The notes under the pieces are model-generated. The model made no database searches, was not told where the DNA came from, and was given only the letters and a program-made list of their open reading frames with translations. Position numbers and translations under genes: made by a program. Shown piece after piece: positions 1 through 8,703 of a DNA stretch of 32,000 nt. Source of the stretch: Candidatus Arthromitus sp. SFB-rat-Yit (GTDB lineage: Bacteria; Bacillota; Clostridia; Clostridiales; Clostridiaceae); contig NC_016012.1 in the NCBI RefSeq assembly GCF_000283555.1, positions 30,001-62,000 on the forward strand, written 5' to 3'. Each line of letters opens with the position of its first letter. Within the stretch, counting starts at the first letter, position 1.

Positions 1-246
1 TAAATTCTGTAGTTTTCATGCGAAGTGGTGGCGTAAAATCAGTAGTATTTCCGGGAAAATAGATATCCAGCCATTTATTTGTTTCCCTAAAAATGGGCAG
101 GAGTTTTTCATTGTGATCTTTCCTAAGCGTATTGGCAAAATACTTCTGCTCGTCAAACCATAGCCCGATTAGTGCATTGCCGTCGCTTGCAAGTGTAATA
201 CTGCCAAGCGGCGAATTATGGTGATGTGTATATTCTAGGTCATTCC
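1..246 (-). pseudogene. ogt: Methylated-DNA--[protein]-cysteine S-methyltransferase, N-terminal part, truncated by window edge; probably lacks a start codon
   Basis: Minus-strand translation gives NDLEYTHHNSPLGSITLASDGNALIGLWFDEQKYFANTLRKDHNEKLLPIFRETNKWLDIYFPGNTTDFTPPLRMKTTEF, typical of the Ogt/AdaB N-terminal region (Y-x-S/N-PLG-x-hhLA-x-D). A TGA lies upstream with no ATG between it and the homologous part. Confidence 0.7.
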
Positions 247-403
247 TTCAGTATTCATTGGAATCAGCGTAAGTCTTGGATATGTCTGTATCCGTTTATA
301 TACGGATAGTAGAGCATACGGTGATCCAATAGCTTTTGAACAGATTTTTTCGTTTTTCTTTTTGGATCATGTGATGCTCCACGACATTGCGTCATATGGG
401 AAT

Positions 404-433
404 TGCCTACTCGTCTGTATAGACGAGTAGGCA
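404..433. repeat. Perfect inverted repeat, 13-bp arms with 4-nt loop (tgcctactcgtct-gtat-agacgagtaggca)
   Basis: Read directly from sequence; only a short TTTT follows 4 nt later on the + strand. Confidence 0.85.
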
Positions 434-554
434 GCAGTTTTCCTTCCTCATTTAGCCGTGAATCGTTTCGTACAAATAAAGTCCTCAAATACGGCAAGTA
501 GAGGTTTTAAACTGCGGCCAAGTCAAGATACCTTTTCATACCTTACCTTTGTTG

Positions 555-797
555 GTTTTATCCCAAGCAGCACAATCATTCCGCTCATTATTCGTGTTCT
601 TCTTTCCATTTTTCAGTCTTGTATCGTTTGTAAGGTCGGTATCCATCACGCAGCGCATCATCCAAATTGTCGTAAAATTATATGTTCTTATGCAGTGGTT
701 TCGTATGGAAGCTTGGCAGATACACTATCCCTGTGGTACGAAGGTCTACATAGAATAGCCCGTTACAGTATGTATCTCTTTCCTGTATAGCCTTGAT
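555..797 (-). pseudogene. ada: Degraded N-terminal domain of Ada (alkylation-response regulator / phosphotriester methyltransferase)
   Basis: Minus-strand reading IKAIQERDTYCNGLFYVDLRTTGIVYLPSFHTKPLHKNI*FYDNLDDALRDGYRPYKRYKTEKWKEEHE* matches the Ada plan RD..yDG.F..aV.TTGIyCRPSC....P...N..Ff....eAl..GyRPCKRC, with internal stop, frameshift near the start and the core cysteines replaced. Confidence 0.72.
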
Positions 798-801
798 TTT
801 T

Positions 802-1506
802 TCATTTCGTGTTATTTTTTACTCCTTTTGTTAATTTCTTTGTGGGAGCAGGATCGGTAAATCCTGGAACAGTACCGCCTGCAACGGCCCAAAAGTATAG
901 ACTTGCTACGCTACCATAAGGAGAGAGGCGTTTCCTGTATTTTTCAAACTGCTTCCTGTCAATCTCACGATGCTGATAAACCATTCTCATACCACGCAGA
1001 ATCGCTAAATCACCGAAGCTTAGGATATTTGGTCTTTGCAGACAGAATATTAGAATCATCTCCGCTGTCCATACTCCTATGCCTTTTAAATTCACAAGTG
1101 CATCTATTGCTTCTGTATCAGACATCTTTTTTACGGCAGCTAGGTCAAATTTGCCTATAGTAACTTTTTCGGAAAAGTCCTTGATATACTCCGCCTTGCG
1201 GAAAGTCATTCCCAGAGATTGTAGTTCTGCTATATTTGCACTGTTGATTGTTTCCGGCGTTACTTTGCCAAGATAATCATTCATTCGCTGCCATATAGTC
1301 CGATGTGCCTTTGTGGAAATCTGCTGCCCTATAATGTGATGTACGACAGAGGAGAACAGATCGGAATCTACCTCCCGGTCAATATGCCCCACATGATCGA
1401 TGACCCATGCGAGTTTCTTATCCTTAGATTTAAGATATTCTACAGCTTCATCGCCATACTCAAAATACATCTTTTCACCGCTCACCGCCTTTATAAATCG
1501 CCTCAT
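802..1506 (-). CDS. alkA: DNA-3-methyladenine glycosylase (HhH-GPD family)
   Basis: Intact 234-aa ORF; contains VNLKGIGVWTAEMILIFCLQRPNILSFGDLAILRG (HhH-GPD motif with catalytic Asp) and the AlkA-type C-terminus. Confidence 0.88.
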   Translation of the reverse strand: MRRFIKAVSGEKMYFEYGDEAVEYLKSKDKKLAWVIDHVGHIDREVDSDLFSSVVHHIIGQQISTKAHRTIWQRMNDYLGKVTPETINSANIAELQSLGMTFRKAEYIKDFSEKVTIGKFDLAAVKKMSDTEAIDALVNLKGIGVWTAEMILIFCLQRPNILSFGDLAILRGMRMVYQHREIDRKQFEKYRKRLSPYGSVASLYFWAVAGGTVPGFTDPAPTKKLTKGVKNNTK

Positions 1507-1599
1507 CTATACTATAATTATATCGCGAAACACTGGTATTTTCTATTAGAATGCTGTAGAATTTTAACAATATATTTCAAACACTAACATTCAGGATGC

Positions 1600-2305
1600 G
1601 ATCACCTTGGAAAAACGGAATGTATATATCAATTTGGTTAATTTGAACCTGCATACCTACTTCTCGTACCTTGTTCTCAATGTTGAAAATGACACTTCTT
1701 ATCTGTTGAATCCGGGTTTACGTGTCATGCATTGGTATGAAGACCTATATTTTATCTATGTGATAGAATGAACGATATGTGTGAAGACGTTGGGAACAGA
1801 GGAAATTGGCTCTGTGGTAGATGGGATATACATCAACAAGAATGTCGTGCATCTGGTTGAAAATATCAGTGCTTGCAAGTATAAGAGTTTTCTTTTCCCG
1901 GAATACTTTGTTTATTATTACCTGATAGCACCGACAAGTTGCACTTACATACGTCATAACGTGAAACAGTGGAATCTCACTGATGATGCTATACGGCTCT
2001 ATGGGCTGATGTAGGGATGCTTTCCGAGTTCTCTATGAAATGGTGGAACTTGAAAAAGAAAAATAGGACAGCAAATATACCTATGCCGTTCTTTCAAATT
2101 TATCATAACCGTGACTCGTTATGTTTCGAGACTTATCACTTTTTGAAAATACTCCAATGCTCTGGCAATTAGTATGAGGTCATTTTTGAAATTTATCGAG
2201 GAGTACTATGATGAGGAGATTTCCTTGGAAGCACTCGCTGCAAGGTCGAATGTTAGCAAATCTGAGGATCTGCATTGATTCAAACCCATACCATTATAAA
2301 CATAT
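1600..2305 (+). pseudogene. Degraded AraC-family transcriptional regulator (cupin sensor plus start of HTH domain)
   Basis: Frame translation LLNPGLRVMHWYEDLYFIYVIE*TICVKTLGTEEIGSVVDGIYINKNVVHLVENISACKYKSFLFPEYF, then FLKFIEEYYDEEISLEALAARSNVSKSEDLH*. Matches the AraC cupin plan (HWHEELEFIYVLEG ... GxGIFINxNVLH) and HTH start, with several stops and frameshifts. Confidence 0.75.
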
Positions 2306-3449
2306 GAGCGGTCATAATTTAATGCAGGCTATAGCTAGAGTTAATAGAGTTTATAAAAATAAAGAGGGCGGACTTATAGTTGATTATATTGGAATTGCAG
2401 GAGCTTTGAAAAAGGCGATGAGCGATTACACAAAGAGAGATAAGGCAAATTATGGGGAGAGTGATATCTCAAAAATTGCTTATCCAAAGTTTATAGAAAA
2501 ACTTGAGGTATGTCGTGCTCTTTTGCATGGGTTTGATTATTCCTCATTTATGGTGAAATCATCAACAGATCTTACGCGTGCAAAACTTATAAGTGGAGGC
2601 GTTAACTTTCTATCAGATCCATCAAGAAAGGAAGATAAAAAATTCTATATAAAAGAGTCGCTTCTTTTGCGTCAATCTGTTTCACTTTGTCGCTCTATTT
2701 TAACTAAGGATCAAAGACTTGAATCTGCATATTTTGAAGCACTTCGTACGCTACTTACACGTATAACAGGAGAAAATAAACCTCTTTCTTTAAAAGAGAT
2801 AAATAAGCATATTAATGACTTATTAAAAGAAAGTATAAAAAGTGATGGTATCATAAATTTATTTTCTGATATTGATATTGGGGTTTCTATATTTGATGAA
2901 AAATTCTTAGAAGAAGTTTCAAATATGAAAGAGAAGAATTTGGCAGTTGAAATGTTAAAGAAACTTTTAAATGAACAGATTTCAGTATATAAAAGGAATA
3001 ATATTGTTAAATCACAAAAATTTTCAGAAATGTTAAATAAGGCCATGAGGTTATATATAAATGGAATGATCACAAATGAAGAGGTAATAGAAGAGCTATT
3101 AAAGATGGCACGAGATATATCACGTTCCTCAGAAGAGGCAGAATCACTTGGACTTAGTGATGAGGAGATGGCATTTTATGATGCACTAACTCGACCAGAG
3201 GCTATAAAAGATTTTTACACAAATGAAGAGCTTGTAGCACTCACTCGTATTCTTACAGACAGCTTAAGAAGAAGTAGAACTATAGATTGGCAGAAAAAGG
3301 ATACTGCGAGAGCAAAAATGCGTAGAATGATTAGAAGGCTTTTAAAAGATTATGATTATCCACCAAATGGTTTAGAGGATGCAGTGACAACAGTACTATC
3401 TCAATGCGAAATTTGGGCAGATTTTGGAGAAGAAAGTTATAGAGTTTAA
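2306..3449 (+). pseudogene. hsdR: C-terminal fragment of type I restriction enzyme R subunit (HsdR; helicase motif VI onward)
   Basis: GHNLMQAIARVNRVYKNKEGGLIVDYIGIAGALKKAM... is the typical HsdR helicase end plus C-terminal domain; nuclease and most helicase motifs are absent upstream, where an araC remnant lies. The ORF track start at 2208 is not credible as the native start. Confidence 0.85.
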
Positions 3450-3484
3450 AAAAAGCATCTCAAAATTTACTGAGATGCTTTTTA
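3448..3484. terminator. Bidirectional intrinsic terminator between convergent genes
   Basis: aaaaaagcatctca-aaatttac-tgagatgcttttttat; perfect GC-containing stem with T/A tracts on both sides. Confidence 0.88.
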
Positions 3485-4018
3485 TTTTAAGAATATAACT
3501 CCGAGAATTCCTGATAATAAAATTATTTTTAGAGGAGAGAGTTTAAATTTTAAATTAAATAGAAATAGAGCTAAAAATAATATTAAATTTATTACATTCA
3601 CTCCAGATGACGAAAAAAGAGATTTACTTGATATATTTATAACAGAATAAATTAAAAGTGAAAGTATTACAGGTCTTATATTTTTAAGAGTATTTTCAAG
3701 ATATGGATTATTTTTAAATTTATTTATGAATTTTACAACCAAAATAATTATTATAAAAGATGGAAGTACAACACCGAGTGTTGAGAAAATTGCTCCTATT
3801 ATTCCTGAATTCCTAAATCCAATAAATGTACTTATGTTAATTGCAAAAGGTCCTGGGGTTGATTCTGATATTGCAATAAACTCAAGGAGTTCATTACTAG
3901 TTGCCCACGAATATTTAAGTATGTATTCTTTAATAAGTGGTATCATTGCGTATCCACCACCGAATGTAAAAAGTCCAATTTTAAAGAATACAGAAAGAAG
4001 CATGAGATTTATTCCCAT
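3482..4018 (-). CDS. Chromate transporter family protein (half-size, CHR domain)
   Basis: FFKIGLFTFGGGYAMIPLIKEYI ... ESTPGPFAINISTFIGFRNSGIIGAIFSTLGVVLPSFIIII, hallmark CHR-domain motifs. Confidence 0.9.
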   Translation of the reverse strand: MGINLMLLSVFFKIGLFTFGGGYAMIPLIKEYILKYSWATSNELLEFIAISESTPGPFAINISTFIGFRNSGIIGAIFSTLGVVLPSFIIIILVVKFINKFKNNPYLENTLKNIRPVILSLLIYSVINISSKSLFSSSGVNVINLILFLALFLFNLKFKLSPLKIILLSGILGVIFLK

Positions 4019-4564
4019 TTAAAATTTCCTCCTAAACGTAAGAATTAAAACGTTTATAACTATAGATATAATTAGAATTGTAATTGAGCTTATTGAAGTG
4101 AAGGAGCAGAGTATTAGGACCATAAGTACTATAGGATAATAGTACTTATTTTTTTGAGATTTCTTATTCATTTTTAAAACTGTAAATAAGAGCATAACTA
4201 TAACTCCTATTTTTATACCACTAAGAAAACTAGATATAATTTGAAAGTTTTTAAAAAAATCTAAGAAAAATGATATTAAAAGTATGATTATAAAAGATGG
4301 AAGAACTATCCCGAGCGTTGATATAATTGCACCGATAAATCCACAAAGCTTATAACCAATGAACGTTGCACAGTTTATGGATACAGGTCCTGGTGTACAT
4401 TCAGATATTGAGAATATATCAAGGAGTTCATCTTGAGTTATAAACTTGTTTTTTTCAGTCATCTCTTTTTCAATAAATGGTAGCATAGAATATCCACCAC
4501 CAAATGTTAAAAGTCCAATTTTAAAAAAAGTTGTGAAAAGAGTATATAAAGTTTTGTATTTCAA
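4019..4564 (-). CDS. Chromate transporter family protein (half-size, CHR domain), paired paralog
   Basis: FFKIGLLTFGGGYSMLPFIEKEM ... SECTPGPVSINCATFIGYKLCGFIGAIISTLGIVLPSFIIIL; immediately adjacent to the other half. Confidence 0.9.
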   Translation of the reverse strand: MKYKTLYTLFTTFFKIGLLTFGGGYSMLPFIEKEMTEKNKFITQDELLDIFSISECTPGPVSINCATFIGYKLCGFIGAIISTLGIVLPSFIIILLISFFLDFFKNFQIISSFLSGIKIGVIVMLLFTVLKMNKKSQKNKYYYPIVLMVLILCSFTSISSITILIISIVINVLILTFRRKF

Positions 4565-4576
4565 AGTATCCCTCCA

Positions 4577-5707
4577 TTAATTTTGTTTTATAAATATTAA
4601 GTTTTTATCCTCACAAAAGTTTTTTATATTGTAATAAATTAACACTTCTTCTAAATTATTTTCATCAAGATAATTAATGATATTCTTACTATAAAATCTT
4701 AAATCTATAACATGTATTTCTTCAAAGTGATTTACTAAAAAAGGTATGAATGAATTAGCGTAAGAGTCTTTTATTATACATAATTTTTTGTTGTTTTTGG
4801 TGGATGTATTAATTTTAATCAATGGATGATTATTATCAAGAAATATATTATAGTGATTCCTTGGATTATCTAAATACGAAAATTCATAGAGAGAATTTGA
4901 TTTCTTAGTTAAATAATCAACCATTACCTCATCTTGTTTCTTATTATGAAAAAGATATACTTCATCTGGTGTAATGGTATTTAAGTTAATTTTAGAAAAC
5001 AATGATCCAAGGAATTTATCAGATACCTTTTGAATTGAGAAATCCTCTTTATTAAGAGGAAAAATATTATTTTGTTCAGCGAACTCTAAATATGAATAAT
5101 AAGCCCCAAGTGTTGTGTAGTGATGATCTGTTTTGTAATAAATGTACTCATCTTTATGTGCATTAAGTATATCAGTTGGATCTATAAATTTAACGCTAGA
5201 ATTCAACTCATTTTTTAAATATTTAAAAAGTTTAACTTGGTCTATGTTTAAAGAGTATGGAGGTAGATAATCTTTTAATATTTCTGAAGAAGTTGGTATG
5301 AGCATCAAACTAACTTTATAATTTTTGGATAAATTATTTATGAGATTTAAATTATTATTTACAACTTTCAAATCTAAATCTCTAAAGCTTTCTATTAAGT
5401 ATCCATTTTTTGAGATATATACATCATTTATATCTCTTCTACCTATTAAGAGTTCAAATGATGATTTCAGAGTTATAAATTCATCACGGAAAGGGAAGTG
5501 ATCTTCGAGGTATGATGAGAGTTTATTATTAAATTCACCTGATATAAGTGATTCGATTGATAATTTAGGAAATTTGGATAAATACCTATTTTCTATAAAT
5601 GAAAATGTTTTGTCTTTGAATAAAACATGCAAAATAGGTATAACAAAAATTATAATTAAGAAAGCAATATTAGGTAAATAATTCTTTTTAATTTGCGACA
5701 CCTCCAT
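4577..5707 (-). CDS. DHHW/AlgX-like SGNH-type protein, probable partner in polysaccharide O-acetylation
   Basis: N-terminal TM; ENRYLSKFPKLSIESLISGEFNNKLSSYLEDHFPFRDEFITLKS; YYKTDHHYTTLGAYYSY motif; adjacent to an MBOAT gene. Confidence 0.82.
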   Translation of the reverse strand: MEVSQIKKNYLPNIAFLIIIFVIPILHVLFKDKTFSFIENRYLSKFPKLSIESLISGEFNNKLSSYLEDHFPFRDEFITLKSSFELLIGRRDINDVYISKNGYLIESFRDLDLKVVNNNLNLINNLSKNYKVSLMLIPTSSEILKDYLPPYSLNIDQVKLFKYLKNELNSSVKFIDPTDILNAHKDEYIYYKTDHHYTTLGAYYSYLEFAEQNNIFPLNKEDFSIQKVSDKFLGSLFSKINLNTITPDEVYLFHNKKQDEVMVDYLTKKSNSLYEFSYLDNPRNHYNIFLDNNHPLIKINTSTKNNKKLCIIKDSYANSFIPFLVNHFEEIHVIDLRFYSKNIINYLDENNLEEVLIYYNIKNFCEDKNLIFIKQN

Positions 5708-7077
5708 TAGAATCTAAAATATAGAAATGGATTAAATGAGGAATTAACTATAAAAGAGATACTAACTAAAAAACCTATGATGATAAATACTCTTGAGAAT
5801 ATATGAGGTATTTTTAATTTAATATTTTTCATTATAGGGGTTGAAAATAGTATTGATATACCGAAATAAATAATAAAGTTTGAAAAATAATACATAAACG
5901 TTCTATCTATAAAATTGTTTAAAGAGAGCATCTTCAAAACGAATTCTTTTAAATAATTAAAATCCTCAAACACAAAAATGCACCATCCAAATAAAACCAC
6001 TAGTATTAGATACATTCTTGAGAGTATTTTACTATTTTCAAGAAATTTAAGAAGGAATAGCTTTTCAATAACTATAAATATAAAAAAGTAAATTCCCCAT
6101 AATATAAAGTTAAAGTTAGCACCATGCCAAAGTCCAGTAAACATCCAAACTATAAATAAATTAAAATATTTGTTTCTCCTATTTCCTCCTAGAGGAATAT
6201 ATAAATAATTTCTAAACCATGATCCTAAAGAAATATGCCATCTCCTCCAGAATTCAGTTACGCTTTTTGATGTATATGGATAGTTGAAGTTTTCGTTGAA
6301 TTTAAATCCAAACATAGCTCCGAGTCCTATAGCCATATCTGAATATCCGCTGAAATCAAAGTATATTTGAAAGAAATATGAAAAAATACACATCCAAGAT
6401 GTTAGAGTTGACATATTAGATGGAGATAATTTCATTAACGTGTCAAATAAGTATCCCATATTGTTTGCGATGATAACTTTTTTGCAAATACCCTCCATGA
6501 ATCTAGTTACTCCATAATTAAATAGAGAAATAGTTTCACGATTTTTATTGTTTATATCCTCTTCAACGCTTTTATAAGTAACTATTGGACCAGCTATGAG
6601 TTGAGGAAATAGCGATACATATGCTCCAAATGATATGAAGTTTTTTTGTACGTTTATTTTATTTAAGAACACATCTATTGTGTATGAAAGAGTTTGAAAT
6701 GTGTAAAATGATATTCCTATAGGAAGAGATGGAGGAGAAAAATTTATATTAATATTAAACATTGAATTTAAAGATGTAATGATAAGATTGGAATATTTAA
6801 AGAATCCAAGCATACACAAATTAATTAAAATAGATATTATAAGAAATGTAATTTTTAAATGGTTAAATCGTCTATATTTATCTATTAATAATCCTATTGT
6901 GTAATCTAAAATGGTTGAGAAAATCATGAGGAAAATGTATAACGGCTCTCCAAATGCATAGAATAAAAGACTTGCTATGAATAGAACAGCAAGTCTGATT
7001 GATTTTGGAGATATGTAATAAACAAATAGTGTAATTGGTAAGAAAAAAAATATAAATATTAAACTAGAGAATACCAT
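5707..7077 (-). CDS. MBOAT-family membrane-bound O-acyltransferase (AlgI-like)
   Basis: FFLPITLFVYYISP..., LPIGISFYTFQTLSYTIDVFLNK, FPQLIAGPIVTYK, FSGYSDMAIGLGAMFGFKFNENFNYPY, FWRRWHISLGSWFRNYLYIPLGGNRR, WMFTGLWHGANFNFILWG. Confidence 0.95.
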   Translation of the reverse strand: MVFSSLIFIFFFLPITLFVYYISPKSIRLAVLFIASLLFYAFGEPLYIFLMIFSTILDYTIGLLIDKYRRFNHLKITFLIISILINLCMLGFFKYSNLIITSLNSMFNININFSPPSLPIGISFYTFQTLSYTIDVFLNKINVQKNFISFGAYVSLFPQLIAGPIVTYKSVEEDINNKNRETISLFNYGVTRFMEGICKKVIIANNMGYLFDTLMKLSPSNMSTLTSWMCIFSYFFQIYFDFSGYSDMAIGLGAMFGFKFNENFNYPYTSKSVTEFWRRWHISLGSWFRNYLYIPLGGNRRNKYFNLFIVWMFTGLWHGANFNFILWGIYFFIFIVIEKLFLLKFLENSKILSRMYLILVVLFGWCIFVFEDFNYLKEFVLKMLSLNNFIDRTFMYYFSNFIIYFGISILFSTPIMKNIKLKIPHIFSRVFIIIGFLVSISFIVNSSFNPFLYFRF

Positions 7078-7095
7078 TAAACACCCAATCCTTTA

Positions 7096-8154
7096 TTATT
7101 TTTCTAATAAATTTAATATGTCACCGCTATTTTTTGAAAAACAAAATAGTGTGTAATCATCTATATCTAAAAAAAGTACATTGTCTTCAATTTTAAATTC
7201 ATCATTATTATAACCCTTAAGTGAATTTAAAATACTCGATAATCTTAAATTAAGTTTATCTGATAATTCTTCATCTGATAAATTTTTATGTTTAAACATA
7301 AAAATTTCAAAATAGTTTGAGTTTAACTCTTTAGAGTGTATAAGTACATAATCTTCTATTTCATCTTTATTTATACCATAATTTGAAAAAATAAAGGAAT
7401 CATTAGTGTATGTGTATGGAGGAAGTTCTATATTATTTAATATTTTATCTAATATGAGTTTCGAAGCATTTTGATCTTGTCCTTGAATAGGCTTAAATTC
7501 ATTAATATTTTTAGATGAATTATATAAAGCTTTTTCATATATTGCATTTATTTCATCTTCTCTAGTTAAAAATTTATTATCTGTATCGGTATTTTCATCT
7601 TTATTAGATGTATCCTCAAAATTTGGTGTATTTTCTGAAGGATTTAAAACATCTTCATTATTTATCTCATCTTTTAAGGTGCCCTCCAAATAATTTGAAA
7701 AATCGTTTAATAAGTTATTGTATTCATTTTCTAAGTTTAAGTAATCACTCTCAATTGCATTTATGTATTCCCCATATTTATTAGTTAAATACTTTTCATT
7801 TTCAGATAAATAATTCATGTATTCATTTGATATATCTTCAGTAATTTTTTGAACTTCGCTTAGTGTGAAAACTTGCTCTGATATTTCTAAGTTTTCTGAT
7901 GATTCATCAAATTCTACGTTACCAATAACAGGATATGATGATATTCCAATTGTGTAATCATATGATCCAAGAGATTGAAGTTTATTTTTATCTAGTTTTA
8001 TTATATTTTCATCTGAACCTATACTCCGTTTAGATATTTGTAAATTATCATTTGTATTTTCTTCTGTGGGTGTATTTTTAACTGCTCTATTACAAGATGT
8101 TAAACTAATTAATGCTAATGATGACATAATTACAGCTGATTTTTTATTTATCAT
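7096..8154 (-). CDS. Predicted lipoprotein with DUF4358-like C-terminal region
   Basis: Lipobox LISLTSC in MINKKSAVIMSSLALISLTSCNRAV; C-terminal ILDKILNNIELPPYTY...YGINKDEIEDYVLIHS....EIFMFKHKN resembles DUF4358; next to the MBOAT/DHHW genes. Confidence 0.7.
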   Translation of the reverse strand: MINKKSAVIMSSLALISLTSCNRAVKNTPTEENTNDNLQISKRSIGSDENIIKLDKNKLQSLGSYDYTIGISSYPVIGNVEFDESSENLEISEQVFTLSEVQKITEDISNEYMNYLSENEKYLTNKYGEYINAIESDYLNLENEYNNLLNDFSNYLEGTLKDEINNEDVLNPSENTPNFEDTSNKDENTDTDNKFLTREDEINAIYEKALYNSSKNINEFKPIQGQDQNASKLILDKILNNIELPPYTYTNDSFIFSNYGINKDEIEDYVLIHSKELNSNYFEIFMFKHKNLSDEELSDKLNLRLSSILNSLKGYNNDEFKIEDNVLFLDIDDYTLFCFSKNSGDILNLLEK

Positions 8155-8204
8155 AATTAATTCTCCATGAAATTAAGGAGTAATTTACTTTCCCTTAATT
8201 TATT

Positions 8205-8690
8205 CTAAAAAATATTATTTAAATTATTTCCAAATGTTTTTATATCTCTATGTAATGCAAATATAACGTAATTTCCTATGGTGTTTAAGTAAGGATTTTT
8301 TATTAACTCATATTCTGATTGTTTAACATTTTTAAATTCAATTTCAAGCATTTCAAGTCTTCTTTGTATTCCAAGTATAACCTCATTTACGTTTGATATA
8401 TCTTTTAGATGGAATATAGAAATTTCAACTCCTGAAGTATTTTCTTGAGGAATATTTGAGATATAGTCAACTAAAATATTTGGGTCTATTGCATATATAT
8501 CTAAAAGTTCATCATCATTTAAACTTTTAAATCTAGGAAGGGTTAAACCTTTAGTTGATATATTAAAAATTTCATTAGAAGATATATTTAAATCAGTTGA
8601 ATTTTCATTATCTACATTTAAATAATCAGTATTACAAGATGTAAAAAACAAAAATGAAAATATGAGAGAAAAAAATTTAAGTAATTTCAT
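8205..8690 (-). CDS. Predicted small lipoprotein, DUF4358-like
   Basis: Lipobox FLFFTSC; LNDDELLDIYAIDPNILVDYISNIPQENTSGVEISIFHLKDISNVNEVILGIQRRLE resembles the same family core as the neighbouring lipoprotein. Confidence 0.7.
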   Translation of the reverse strand: MKLLKFFSLIFSFLFFTSCNTDYLNVDNENSTDLNISSNEIFNISTKGLTLPRFKSLNDDELLDIYAIDPNILVDYISNIPQENTSGVEISIFHLKDISNVNEVILGIQRRLEMLEIEFKNVKQSEYELIKNPYLNTIGNYVIFALHRDIKTFGNNLNNIF

Positions 8691-8703
8691 ATGTTGTCAG
8701 CTC

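Noticed and set aside
264-790. ORFs 264-497, 458-790 and 549-758
   Set aside because: No recognisable family; the last two are opposite the ada fossil on the minus strand and the first includes the hairpin.
903-1587. ORFs 903-1160, 1079-1276 and 1303-1587
   Set aside because: Antisense to the well-supported alkA gene or extending into the decayed spacer, without protein-family signal.
1745-2014. ORFs 1745-1957 (-) and 1781-2014 (+) as separate genes
   Set aside because: The + strand ORF is an internal piece of the AraC-family fossil and the minus one is antisense to it.
2711-4022. ORFs 2711-3073 (-) and 3726-4022 (+)
   Set aside because: Opposite to the hsdR fragment and the chromate transporter gene, which have clear homology.
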